Origin: Malacoraja senta
Taxonomy: Eukaryota
Assembly: GCA_038087875.1 (NCBI GenBank)
Contig: JAXLNO010000071.1
Coordinates: forward strand, 1 to 64,000
Reading direction: 5' to 3'
DNA: 64,000 bases
Each line of letters begins with the position of its first letter. The first letter of the stretch is position 1. A model generated the notes under the pieces. It did no database searches. It worked only from the letters and a program-made list of their open reading frames with translations, and had not been told where the DNA came from. Of the stretch, positions 48,401 through 62,700 are shown one piece after another. Made by a program: the position numbers and the translations under genes.

Positions 48401-49563
48401 AGGTTCCACATGGAAGGTTGGTTAAGAAGTTTCAATTGTTGGGTATTAATAGTGGAGTAGCAAGATGGATTCAACAGTGGCTGAATGGGAGATACCAGAG
48501 AGTAATGGTCGATAACTATTTGTCAGGTTGGAGGCCGGTGACTAGTGGGGTGCCTCAGGGATCTGTGTTGGGTCCACTGTTTTTTGTCATATACATCAAC
48601 GTTGGTGTGTATGTTGGTGTGGTAAATTGGATTAGTAAGTATGCAGATGATACTAAGATAGGTGGTGTTGTGGAAAATGAAGTTGATTTTCAAAGTCTAC
48701 AGAGAGATTTAGGCCATTTATAAGAGTGGGCTGAAAGATGGCAGATGGAGCTTAATGCTGATAAGTGTGAGGTGCTACATCTTGGCAGGACAAATCAAAA
48801 TAGGACGTACATGGTAAATGGTAGCGAATGGAGGAATGCAGTTGAACAGATGGATCTAGGAATAACTGTGCATAGTTCCCTGAAGGTGGAATCTCATGTA
48901 GATAGGGTGGTAAAGAAAGCTTTTGGTGTGCTGGCCTTTATAAATCAGAGCATTGAGTATAGAAGTTGGGATGCAATGTTAAAATTGTACAAGGCATTGG
49001 TGAGGCCAATTCTGGAATATGGTGTACAATTCTGGTCGCCTAATTATAGGAAAGATGTCAACAAAATAGAGCGAGTACAGAGGAAATTTACTAGAATGTT
49101 GCCTGGGTTTCAGCACCTAAGTTACAGAGAAAGGTTGAACAAGATAGGTCTTTATTCTTTGGAGCGCAGAAGGTTAAGAGGGGACTTGATAGAGGTCTTT
49201 AAAATTATGAGAGGGATAGACAGAGTTGACGTGGATAAGCTTTTTCCATTGAGTGTAGGGAAGATTCAAACAAGAGGACATGATTTGAGAATTAAGGGAC
49301 AAAAGTTTAGGGGCAACATGAGGGGGAACTTCTTTACTCAGAGAGTGGTAGCTGTGTGGAATGAGCTTCCAGTGGAAGTGGTGAAGGCAGGTTCGTTTTT
49401 ATCATTTAAAAATAAATTGGATAGGAATATGGACGGGAAAGGAATGGAGGGTTATGGTCTGAGTGCAGGTAGATGGGACTAGGTGAGAGTAAGTGTTCGG
49501 CACGGACTAGAAGGGCCAAGATGGCCTGTTTCCGTGCTGTAATAGTTATATGGTTATATGGTT
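45445..49563 (+). mobile_element. Near full-length, inactivated CR1 LINE (in A3)
   Basis: ORFs 46331..46549, 46781..47602, 47965..48723 and 48745..49482 encode esterase, endonuclease and RT. Confidence 0.93.
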
Positions 49564-52500
49564 AAACAGGCATCTCAAATTGTTAAACGAGTGTCTCTTG
49601 GGTATAAACCCAGTTTGATCAGAATGTATAAATGTATTAACGTATTTACTTAGTCTTCTTGCCAGGGTTTTAGCTAATATTTTCTGATCTGTATTTAACA
49701 GGGTAATTGCTCTGTATGATCCCGGCACTTCCAGATCTTTATCTTTTTTGGGTATCAGTGTAATAGTTGATTCGGCTAAGGTTTGTGGTAGCGTCTGTTC
49801 TTTAAATGCGTGTATATAAGGGTTATGTACTCGTAATTTTTTAAATAAAATTAATTACTAAACCCATCTGGGCCTGGGGTTTTGCAATTCTTCAATGAAT
49901 TAATAGTCTCTTCGATTTCTTTAATTGTAATCTGTGCTCCTATTTCATCACATTCCGCCACGTTAAGTGACAGAAGATTACAGTGATCAAGGAAGTTTTA
50001 AATTTTTATCGTTTCTGTTGATGTTTTGGATGTATATAAATTTTGATTGAATTGGACAAATCTTTCGTTAGTATCTTTTGGAAGTGTGAACAGTTCACCT
50101 TTTTCTGATCTGATTTTTTGAATAGTATATCCTTTTCCACTTTTCTCAACTGATGTGCGAGAAGTTTATGCGGTTTGTCGCCGAATTCAAAGTTTTCCTT
50201 AGTAATTTGAAATAGCCTGATAACTCTTGCAGAGATAATTCCATTTAGCTTGAATTTTAATACTGCTATCTTTTTATGTTTATCCATAGATGGATCTGTC
50301 GCATTTTCTGAATCCAGCTGTCTGATCTGATCTTCTAATTGCAGTTGTTCCATCCTGTTCTTTTTGTTTTGATATGCTTGATATGAAATGATAGAGCCTC
50401 CAATAAAGGCCATAAAAGATTCCCATAATAACGAAGCCAAAATACCTGGAATATCATTTGTCTCAAAAAAGAATTTCATCTGTTGTTTTAAATAGTCACA
50501 GCAAACTGGGTTAGTTAGTATTTGGGGATTAAGCCTCCAGAACGATTTTTTATTGTGCATTCTTACTAGTTTTAGGGAGAAGGTTAGTGGGGAATGATCG
50601 GAAATAATACTATTATGATATTTGGGATTAGTTGTAAAAGGTATTAATTTTGTGTCCACCAGAAAATAGTCAATACGTGTATAAGTTTTATCTACGGATG
50701 AATAAAAGGAATATTCTCTTCCGGATGGATTTGCAATCCTCCATACGTCTGTTATATTTGTTTTTTTTATATACGTATTTAGGAGTTTGCTGGATTTTGA
50801 TTTTGTGTTTATCTCTTTTCTTGTGAGGATTTATCCAAATATTGATCCAAAACACAGTTGAAATCTCCTCCAATTATCAGGTTTTGCTGGGTGGATTCTG
50901 AGATAATATGAAATATTTAATATAAAAATTATGGATTATCCGTCCCTTTTGTACGGGTCATCCCTACTCCAGAAGAGATCCCAGTGGTTTATAAATCTAA
51001 GCCCCTCCTCCCTTCACCAGCACCTCATCCACACATTCAGATCCCCTATCTCCCTGTACCTGTCCTCGCCAGCCAGCACGAGGTCCTGGAAGGAATTCAG
51101 TGATAACCACCTAGAAGTCCTGCTTCTCAGTTTTCTTCCGAACTCTCTAAACTCACGTTGCAGAACCTCCTTCCTCGTCTTCCCGACGTTGTTTGTGCCC
51201 ACATGCACAAACACTTCCGGCTGCTCACCTTCACTCTCGTGAATGTTCTGAAGTCGGTCTGACACATCTTGAATCCTGGCACCAGGGAGGCTACAGACCA
51301 TCCTCGAGTCTCACCTGCCGCCACAGAATCTCCTGTCCGCACTTCAGACAATAGAGTCACCCACCACTATAGTTCTGCCCGACGTCGATCTCGTCGGTCG
51401 AGTCTCATCGCTCGGATTGGAGCCACCGCCGCTCGAACTGGAAGCATCGTCTGCCTTGACAGCTCCTAAGGGGGTGTACCTGGTTTCATTAGGTACAGCC
51501 ACCGGGGTCTCCTGCACTGCATGCTTATTCCTCTTTCTCATAGTCACCCACCTTCGCTATTCCGGTATCTTTGATGTGACATCCTCATGGTAGGTCCTGT
51601 TCAGAAAACCTTCGTTTTCCTGGATGGCCCTGAGGTCATCCAGCAGCTGCTCCATTTCCCCAACACATTCATTAAGGAGCTGCGCCTGGACACAATTTCT
51701 GAAGGTGTGCTTGTCAGGATAATCCCAAAGGAATTGATGTATATAAAGTGAAAAGGGGTCAACGGAGAGTGGGCCCCTCTGGAGTCAATGTGGTCAACTC
51801 TGGGTAATGCTGCAGGTGATGCACAAGGTCCTCAAATAAAATCTCTTCTCTGGTTTTCCCATGGAGAAAGACACGAGGACCAGGGTGCTTGGGATTTTGG
51901 TCAATGGAACAGTCAGTATTATGGTCAAAGCAGTGCTGAAGATCGTGATGCTTGTGTAGGTAAACATTCCTCCCTGGCCTGATCAGATATACCCGAAGAC
52001 ACAATCTGAAGCTAAAGGGGAAATTGCAGGCGCCCTGGCGTAAATTTATGAGTCATTACTAAATACAGGATCGGTTCGGGAAGACTGGAGGGTGGCAAAT
52101 GTTGTCCCTTTATTTAAGGGGGGCTGCAGGGATAAGCGGGGCAACTGCAAAGCAGTGAGCCTGTGATCGGACCGTTAGTAGTGAGTATTCTGAGGGAGAA
52201 GACATGTTGTCATTTAGATGGACAATGGGTGATTAGGGACTTTCAACGTGGTTCTGTATGTAGACGATAGTGACCCGTGAATTTAATTACGGGTTTTAAA
52301 GATGTAATCAATACGTGTGATGAGAGCAGAGCTGTAGACATTGTATTTCGTGGATTTCAGCAAGGTAATTGACAAGGTTCCCCATGGTTGGCGTTTCTGG
52401 AAGGTTAGATCACATGGGATTCAATGAGAGTTAGCTGGCTGGATAGAAAATTGACCGTTGAAGGGAGCAGAGAGTGATGGTGGAAGGTTGCTGTTCCTTT

Positions 52501-55500
52501 GGAAACCTGTGACTAGTGGTGTGCATCAGGATTCGGTGCTGGGCCCATTGCTGTTTGTTATCTGTATAAAAGATCAGGATGGGAAAATACAAGGCTTGAC
52601 TAGCAAGCTTACAGATGATGCTAAAGTGGGTGGTATTGTAGATAGTGAAGATGGTTGGATACAATTCAAGCAGGATCTTGATCGGTGGCGAAACTAGGCT
52701 GAGGAATAGTTGATGGAAGTTAATACATAGAAGTGCGAGGTGTATGTTGGGCAGTCTATTAAGAGCAGGGATTACACAATGAATGGCAGGGCTCCGTGGA
52801 GTTTTGAAAGGCAGAGGAATGTAGGAGTGTCGGAGCACATTTTCATGAAGCTGGCATAACAGGTAGATAGTGTGCTCAAGAAGGTTTTCAGCACATTTGG
52901 CATTAATCAGTCAGAGTATGTAGTATAGAGATTCGGCGGTCATGTTACAGTTGTATAAGACATTTGTGAGGCCCCATTTAGTGGATTATGTTTTGTTTTG
53001 GTCACCCTGTTATAGGAGAGTTGTTGTCTAGCTGGAAATGGTCAAGATGGTATTTACGAGTATGTTGCTTGGACTCAAGGGCCTGAACTACATGAAGAGG
53101 TTGAGCAGTCGAGGACTTTATTCCTTGGAGCGCAGGAGGATGGGATGATCTCAAATAAGTGTACACGATTCTGAGAGGAATTGATCGGGTAAATGCGCAG
53201 AACATTTTGCACAGCGGAGGGGAATCGAGAACCAGAAGACATACGTTTAAAGTAAGAGGGAGAAATTCAATTGAAACCTGAGGGGTAACTTTTATATACA
53301 AAGGGTTATGGATATATTAAATGTGCTGCCATAAGAAGTCGTTGAGGCAGGTACTATCATAAAGTTTATGAGACATTTGGACAAGTACAGATAGGATAGG
53401 TTTAAATCGTTATGGGGCAATCGCAGGCAGGTGGCCACTGGTGTAGATGGGACATGTTTGTCGGTTTGAACATGTTGGGCCGAAGGGCCGGATTCCACGC
53501 TCTACGACGATATGACTATCACTCTATGAATCTATGACAATGGCCAGGAATACCTGAACCTATCCCTTTCTCATCTGGGTCAAGACTTTAATTATACTAT
53601 TCTTAAATGTCCTGTTAATTCCCTCCGCTAATCCAGGTGGTGATTGTGAAGTTGCCGTTTCATCCTAACAAGATACAAGCTTCCGTCCCCTGCAAAATGC
53701 ATTCCCCGGTTGGAGTCTGTGAAGAGGGACTCCCCCATCCCGGTAATGTTTATATTTCTGGGATCCATGGCACGTTTACAACTGGGCTACTGCATGGGAA
53801 TGCCTCCACCCAGCGGATAAAGTGTTCAAGAGTTACGAAACAGGACCTTTAATTTAGAGACAAGGGCAAGGTCCAGTAAAATTTACCTGCATATAGCTGT
53901 AAACAGGCAATGCACACTCGCCCATCTGCACATCAACAGTTCGATACTGCCATTAACTCACCTGCTTCTAGGAGCCGCAATGTATTATGCAGAGGTTGTA
54001 AAATTATGGTTCCACTCAGTGTGATGGCTTCTAAGACTTATAACGGCAAGTCACGCAGGCGAGAGCTTGAGCACATCAATGCATCCCAGCCACCACTGGA
54101 CATTACTCAGTTGAACAGTATGCAACTGGCCTCATTGCTTCCATGCCTTTATGTAACTTTTGACGTAGAGCAACTTTATTCAATAGCACAGCACAAATGG
54201 AAGGGTTTCGGCAGATTTGTGAGCCCCGGAGCTTGAGATTTTAGCGGGTTAACTTGATATTTGCAAATTCCCAAGTGTGCTCTCTCCATAGTGCGCTTAA
54301 TTCGCGTTTCGTTCCCCTGGAGAGATCGTGCGGAGGTTTGGCCAATTCAAATTAACTTTCCACAGAATGGTTCCCGTAATTAAATATACCCAATACTGTT
54401 TTATACATTTCTCTGATATCAATTGGGACTGGTCCAGAATACCCTGTCTCATTTCCTTAATGTTAAAGGATCAACTTGCAAATGAGTTTAATCCTATCCC
54501 AACATTGCCTAACACACGGCGCATTAAATATCTTCCACTCGCTGTTTGTCTGAAATGGAGAATAGTGTGTCGACTATTGCCATGCGCTGATGGGCAAATT
54601 GTGCACAACTCATAATACATTTACCCTTGGGATTAAGTTGCTGTCCAGCCTAGGGACTTTTTCAATATATATATTTTTTATTTCAGAATAATTACCTCAA
54701 AAGCATGTTGGATCGAACGAAATCGACCAGCGTAGTATATTGCATGGACCCGCATTTGGTTCTCACCTGACACATGCTGAATTTCAAGCACAATAAACAT
54801 TTGCATTCTTGGAGAGAGGAATCCTGCCTGTGTATTTACATTTTACAAGACAAACAATGGGAATACATCAAAGCAAGCTTTTCCAAGAGAACTCAAACTG
54901 AAAATCAGTAATTCAAAGTTTTTGACCAAAATCATGACACTCTTTGGAAATGCATTGTTGTTAACAAAAAACATATCTATTAAACACCAATTCCGAAATA
55001 ATCGATTTCAAATTTCTAATGTACGCTAATTACAATATTCGTAAATACCAATTTATTTCTTTAATTTTTAGTTTATGGTTTAGAGATGCAGCGCGGAAAC
55101 AGGCCCTTCAGCCCTTCGAGTCCGCACCGACCAGTGATCCTTGCACATTAACACTATCCTACACACAATTGTGAGACTGATCTGTCGTTGAATCTAGCTT
55201 CACCTGATGCCCTGTCGCCCTGGTAATCATTGTTCAGATCGGGATAGTACAAAACAAAACTCCGTCAAGACGTGGTGAGATTCCGACACGTATCCATTTA
55301 TTCAAGGACTGAAAAGTACATATTGGGAAACACTTTGAATGGATTCAAAACTTTGAGTTTACTGACATCTTTACCAACAGATTGTTTAATGGCTCACGAC
55401 ACAATGGTTATATGAAGATTTCATGTTCTTGAAATATGTCATGAGTGATCAAAGTTTCCTTGTAGTCTTTCATTCTTGTTTTAGATCTGTCGGAGTTAAA

Positions 55501-57170
55501 TCTAACATTCTGTTTCCTGATTCACCCGATTATCTGGCAAATGCGTGTCATAAAGCAACACCACTTTTCTCATGATCAGTCCTATGTTTCGGTTTACTCC
55601 AGCCAACTAGGCCTCGTAATCTAAACATTTCCTAAAATTGTTTATATATTCTCCGAATTGACTTTTTAGTTACAGTACGTTCACACTTATGACTATTTCC
55701 CCACCTTTCTTCTGTCCTTTATGTTCATCGATTGCAGCTCCGAGTTCAACATCGGCATCCCATCCGAACCATCTCATGTGAACAAGCTCAGGGAACTATC
55801 TCTGTGCTCACCCCTATGCAACTGGATCATGTTCCACCTCATCAACAGACGACCATTAGTTCGAATTGACAACATGTTCACATGCACCTCCACTAACCTC
55901 ATCTACTGCATCTAGTGTTCCACATGTGGACTCCTGTAAATCGCCGAGACCAAGTTTAGACACACGACAGTTTTGCTGAACACATACGTTCGATCTGTCA
56001 AGGCCTATTGCATCTTCCAGTGGCTAACCATTTTAACTCTCCTTCCCATTACCACACCATTCATTTCTGTCTTGAGCCTCCTCAATTAACAATATAATGT
56101 TCACTCACTATTCTGAACAAATGTAAAACGCAAATGACTCCATGCTCTATGACTCTCTGTCAGTAAATATATGTCATCACATCTCCCCACAAAATCTTAC
56201 CACTCAAACTCTCTTGTCCAGCAGAGTCGCCACGCTTTCTTTTTCTCCGATTTGTTCTTTTCGTTCTACAACTTACGATCACCTGACAACAATATTGGAC
56301 CGACTATGACCATGGGCGGCAAGATTAAATATAATCATCCAATTAGGAACCACTTTGTTGGAGGGCTCATAAATTTGATATGTCAAGGCTTACTGAATCT
56401 TCCAGTGGCGAATCATTTTCACTCCCCTTCCCATTACCATACCATACATTTCTGTCCTGAGCCTCCTCAATTAACAGAGTGAGGCCATGCGCAGGTACGG
56501 CATCAGCACCTCATATTTTGTTTGACCACAACCCAGCGGCAAAACATTCCCCCTCCTCCATTAAAAGTCGGTTAACCAGTTGGCAGCTCACAACGATGAT
56601 TTATTGATGATGTGATCACAGTCACTAGTGTTGGCCTTTCAAGGAAACACCCTGATTGAGGTAATGTGTTACTGGCCCTGGTTTGTCCTGGTCTTTGCTT
56701 GCTTTCATTGCAGCCCACCCACAATCAGTCAGCAGAAGGTTCCCGACCCGAAACGTCACCTATACATTTTCTCGGTCGATGCTGCCTAACCCGCTGAGTT
56801 ACTCCTGCACTTGGTCCTCTCCTGTGCCTGATCTTGCCCGTTGACTGCGGAATTTCCGCTTTCTCTCGCTGACCACGTAGGTTTAGCCCGGTTGTTTCCG
56901 GCACCTCCTATATTTCAATGATGAGGTGGAGCGCACACTGTAAATTCCCCCCGAGTATCCTGCTGAATTTTGAATCGCGTGGATGGTTGGATTATGGGGA
57001 TAATAGAATATATGGAGAATGCAATCGATGTCAGATTAATGTAGGTAGCAGGTTGATGCTCGGCGAGGTCTCGATGAGCGCAGAGGCTGTGAGCATGCTG
57101 CATCTCTCAATAAATCTACGATTCTAACCATTGAGTATCACACTATAAATGTCTCAGCCTTTATCATTCA

Positions 57171-59710
57171 TCAGTGTTTAAATGCTCTTGTCAGTCGAGT
57201 AAACGGATAGATTAACACAGTCAAATACTGCTCTCTAAACTTCGTCTGTGTTACTACATAGATGCACGTGTTTGTGCAACAACTAAGCAGCTGCAGCATA
57301 AATCCTATTTCCGATAGAAATGTAGGAAGGAAAAAATCGGAATATCCCAAATTACTTATTCGTTTCCATATTAAATAGAATGTAAATACCGCCCATAACA
57401 AAATGAAATTCCCGGAAATAATGAACAACAATATCACCGATTTCCTTCGATTCTCCATTTCGGGATCACTGGAGATCTTCGCACTTTTCTGATCCCGGAG
57501 CCTCCTGCGGGCTCTGCTGACCACCAAAATATGTCTGACCGTTAAAGTATTGAGCAGCACAATCAATACAAACGGGACACAGGGGGTGAGAATATAATGA
57601 AGAAACTCAATCGTTGTCCAGGTAACTGAAAACATAACACGGACATCCATGTAACAAAACCAAGGAGTATTCGCCAATCTGTACCAAGATGTGTACATAA
57701 AATACCAGTAAACATTCTTTACACTGCTCAGTGCACTCACCGTGCCCAGAATCACAGCCGCTGTTTTCTCGGTGCAATATCTGTGCTTCATCTTTTGGCA
57801 ACAGATGGCAACAAACCGGTCAAATGTGAAGGAGACGGTGAACCACACAGAACAGTCGGTCACCGCGTAAAGCAGGACGGCGTGGATATTACACAAGGGG
57901 ATGGACTTCACAAAATACATTTGATGAGCAATCGGAATCTGTCTCAATATAAGGTCAAAGATAATGACCAATAGATCCGCCGCTGCCATGGCCACCAGGT
58001 AGCGAGTCACACAGCTGGAGAGACCACACTTTCCTCGACACAGGACCACAATTGTCACCAGGTTCACTGTGATGCAAAAAGAATGAACATATTACCAGCG
58101 CACCGTGTGGTTCACATGAGTTAAGCGTCGTTAACAAACACACACTACCTCGATAACGTTCAGCAGCAATTCCACCATTGCATCTGTGTGATTCTGAAAA
58201 CAGAACACTGTTATGGGTCTCGACGAATAAGGGTTAATAATACGACATGGGTGATGCACTGCTCAATATAAACATCCGTAGCAACGACACCGTCCATTTA
58301 TGATGTTTGAATGAATGTGGACCACTACAGACGCGTGTTCTGTATCAGACAGGAACCCAAGATTATGTAGGCGTGACTCAGATTGACACTTACCCAGCAG
58401 TTGGTGAGTATCGATTAATTTATATTTTGCAATTCACCCAGATGATGCCTACCTTTGACTTGGTAACTGACGGGAAGGTCTGATTTCTGGTATCTTTGAT
58501 CTTGGAGTAGTGTTGCAATTGAGGAAAGAGTTGTGTGATATCAAATGATCGCACTCATGTGAAGTCACACAGTGATCATATAGAGAGGGGACAAAGCCCG
58601 TTCACCTATCACTGTGAAGTGCACCCCGCAATACCACGGTACAATGAACTGTCTCTTCAAAGGAAGTTTTGGAGATCAGTCAATTTTACTAAACGGTAAA
58701 CTTTAAATTATATCTGGAACGCAGATTTTAATTCCACGGTAACCAGAGATGTTCAGTTGACGCAAAGCGATGACGGGGATAATTTCGAAAGAAACATGAT
58801 TAGGTTCGAGAAGGTTAATCATTCGCATGGGGTCTGCAGTTCTATACCCTCTCGGCAATTCTCCTGCACTTGCTGTGATAATGTAAGTCAGGAAATCACC
58901 AGGTGAAATGTTCCCGATGTTGGGGAAGTCCAGGACAAGGGGTCACAGCTTAAGGATAAGGGGGAAATCCTTTAAGACCGAGATGAGGAAAAACGTTTTC
59001 ACACAGAGTGGTGAATCTCTGGAACTCTCTGCCACAGAGGGTAGTTGAGGCCAGTTCATTGGCTATATTTAAGAGGGAGTTAGATGTGGCCCTTGTGGCT
59101 AAAGGGATCATGGGGTATGGAGAGAAGGCAGGTACGGGATACTGAGTTGGATGATCAGCCATGATCATATTGAATGGCGGTGCAGGCTCGAAGGGCCGAA
59201 TGGCCTACTCCTACACCTATTTTGTATGTTTCTATGTTTCTATGAAAGGGCACTAATATGAAACACTGGCCAGGCCAGTTGCCGCCGCACTTACTTAACT
59301 CCTTTAACATTTTGTATTTCTACTATCCACTGCGACTTTGTGTGTTCCATCCATTTAGCTGGAACTAGACAATTGGACACAAGGGATCCACGACAAAGTC
59401 ATTGTAAACGGGATCGAACAGTGCAAATACCGGGAAGTTGCCGATCTCTCTTCGTTTCATCCCGTAAAATGCACTGGTCAACGTGGCCGTAACGGTAAGA
59501 ACTAGTCGCGCCTTCATAATCCCACAGCAGAGCGCGATCACTGAACAGGAAATGAATATAGGGAGTTTCGAGACATACAGCCAGTTTCTCAAATATTCAA
59601 AACACAAACGACAATGCTTCTTACTTACCGGGCACGCCGAGAATAGGCAGGATGGGGTAGTATATCTTTTGGATCGCATATATGACAGTGACAATCCATA
59701 TTTCGTCCAT
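57171..59710 (-). CDS. Second copy of the two-exon GPR139-like GPCR; complement(join(57171..58066,59629..59710)), 325 aa
   Basis: Reverse complement of the left gene with a constant coordinate sum (71183). ATG at 59710, GTAAGT donor at 59628, CAG acceptor at 58067, ORF intact. Six amino-acid differences from the left copy. Confidence 0.88.
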
Positions 59711-62700
59711 CTCCTTGTCACCGATTGTCAATTAGGTTAATTCCTTATTTGATTGTGGAATGGCTCATTGGAAAGGTTCCCTTATTTGAAGGAAAGGGAT
59801 TATCCCTTCGGGACCGTTGGGTGTCATTAGTTCCATGTTGCTCACAGTCCCTGAGCTAGCCTACTGTTCACAGAATGTTGCATAATATTGTGAAGTAAGT
59901 ACCACGTGGTTATTCAGGTGAAGCTCCACAACGCTTTACAATTGTTCGGGAACATCGAAAAAAACAAATATTCACCGCATATGTATTCTCCCTCATCGTG
60001 ATTCTGCAAACCGCTCACCCTCCACGCCCAGCCGATTGGAATTTCCCTGTCAAAGTTAAATCAAAACCTCAATATCTACATGGAAAGTTGCGATACGAAC
60101 CCTCATTTTTGTTACATCTTTGCTTTCGCCACCTATTTTTTTACATGAAAAACTACCCACATTAATGATAAGCGGCGCATTCAAGGTGATTCGTGGTGAT
60201 TTTTCTGCCCAGAGACGCATACGTTTCCATCATCAGCGGTTCTGTAAATGCCCAGTCACTGATTTGCCTTTACTCAACATTGACGACTTCTTTACCGAGA
60301 TTCATGTACTTGGTCGGACTATATAGTTATAGTTAAACGTGATCTCCGTCGATATTTTGAAATAATGTTTAACACTGACTGACTCACGAGATAATTCCAT
60401 TAAGTCCCAGCCAGTAGTGACTAACATTCATAGTCACAGAGTGATCAAGCGTAGAAACAGGCCCTTCGGCCCAACTTGCCCACAACGGCCAACATGTCCC
60501 CGCTACACGTCCTACCTGTGCGAAATCTGTCCTGTCCACGTACCTTTCTAAATGTTTGTTAAACGTAGGGATAGTCCATGCGTCAACTACCTCCTATGGC
60601 AGGTTATCCAATACAGCTACCTTTTGTGTGAAAAAGGTACCCCTTAGATTTATATTAAATCGTTTTCCCTTCACTCACCCACTCTGGGAAAGATACTTTG
60701 TGCAACTTTACTATCTATTTCTCTCATGTTTTTATACATCTCAATAAGAAACCCCCTCATCCTCCTGCGCTCCAATGAAGAGTCTCATCCTACTCAACCT
60801 CTCCATATAGCTCACACCCTCTAGTCCTGGCAACATCCTTGTCAATCTTCTCTATACTCTTTCCAGCTTGGCAACATCTTTCCCATAACATGATGCCCAG
60901 AACTTAACAAATACTCTAAATGCTGCCTCACCCACGACTTATACAACTGCAACATGACCTCCCAACTTCTATAGTTAATTCTCTGACTGATGAAGGCCAA
61001 TGTGCCAAAATCCTTTTCGACCACTGCGACTACCTGCGACTGCACCTACAGGAACCTTCAGGAACCACGCACCTGCACTCCAAGATCCCTCGGCTCTACA
61101 ACATTCCCAGAGATCTACCATTCACTTCCCATAATGCAACACTTCAAATGTCTCTGTTAAATACCATCAACCATTCCTCAGCCCACCTGGCCAATCGATC
61201 AAGACTTATCGGACTTTGCTGGCTTTACCTTGCACGAAATGTTATTCCCTTATCATGTATCTGTACACTGCAAATGGATCGATTGTAATCATGTATCGTC
61301 CTTCTGCTGACTGGTTAGCACGCAATACAAGTTTTTCACTGTACTTCGGTACAGGTGACAATAAACTAAACTGAACTAATCTGAAGATCCCGCTGCAATA
61401 TTTCACAACCGTTTTCACTATCTGCAAAACTTCCCACTTTTGTATCATCAGCAAACTTGCTAATCTTGCCATGTATGTTATCATCCAAATCATCGATATA
61501 TATGACAAACGGTAACGGGCCCAGCACCGAACCATGAGGCACACAACTAGTCACAGGCCTCCAGTCCAAGAAGCAACCTTCCACCATTACCCTCTGCTTC
61601 ATTCCATGAAGCCAATTTTCTATCCATAAGAGGTGACACATTTAATGTTGCCTTGAATCGATGACGCCATAGATTGTCTGAAGGAATAAGCCATTCTAGA
61701 TCGTCATCAGGGAAATACCAATGGAATGTGGTTGGTTTCAAATGGAAAGAGTCCTAATTCAATTGCAAGGTCGTCCCCGTGCATGGAAACATAACTTACT
61801 ACAGTCATAATTTATTACCGCCTGAATTTCTCTTCCGTTTATGAATAATTCAATAGATGACAATGAAAACACGTGCCAAATGCCGGAGACACCGTGTTCT
61901 GGCTTAAATATAATTGGTTTAAACTAATTTCTGCCCTTATTTGTCTTGGGTAGTGAATAATCGTTGCAGGCGCAAACAGCCGGAAATCAGATCCGTGCAG
62001 TCAACTTATTTTATCCGTTTCACTCTTATTAATTTTATTCTCCTGCATTACCACCAACTGTCTGGGATTCTAGAATATTTCTGCCAGTGATAAGCAATGG
62101 CTTAGCAATGATTTTTAAACCATTTATTCCATGGCATCTTTTCAACTGCGGCTTCACTCAAATCTAAATCATTAAGTCACATAATGTGTTCACAGCCCCG
62201 ACCCCTACATGTCCCGCCATTGAACAAGGACCGACAGACAAAACATTGGTTTCATTAGCTTCTCCAGGTGCTCCCACTCATCTTAAACAGTCAAATCAGC
62301 CAAACAACACCCACGACTTTCAATTGTCGGAGGAACACTGGGGACGCTGGTGGAACCCATGAGGTCTCGGGGAGAGCGTTCAAACTCAACACTATCAGCA
62401 CTACGTGTCAGGATTGAAACATGGGCTCCGCAGTTAATTGCCAGCAGCTCTACAAATTCCACCAATATGAAGTTTATTTTCCAGTTACTTGGCGGTTTCA
62501 GTGAGTTTAATCATTGCAAGTGAATAGTTGGGCTTCATGTGATTGGCACGTATCCTGATGTGTTCCATATAAACGAGAGTTGAACAAGGTGATTGATCAA
62601 GTCCCCTGTATTTAGGCTTCGTTTTTGAAGATGTAAGCAAAAGGTTGTTGAGAGCACAGCTGAGGACGGCGTGTATATGGATTTCAGCAAGGTATTTGCC

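Larger units (their letters stand above)
42059..49563 (+). repeat. Composite block A, copy A3
   Basis: Same order of sub-elements as A1; shares the 3' L1 junction with A2. Confidence 0.93.

Noticed and set aside
47965..49482. Long RT ORFs as an active or domesticated reverse transcriptase
   Set aside because: Split by an in-frame stop, with upstream frameshifts; an ordinary dead CR1.
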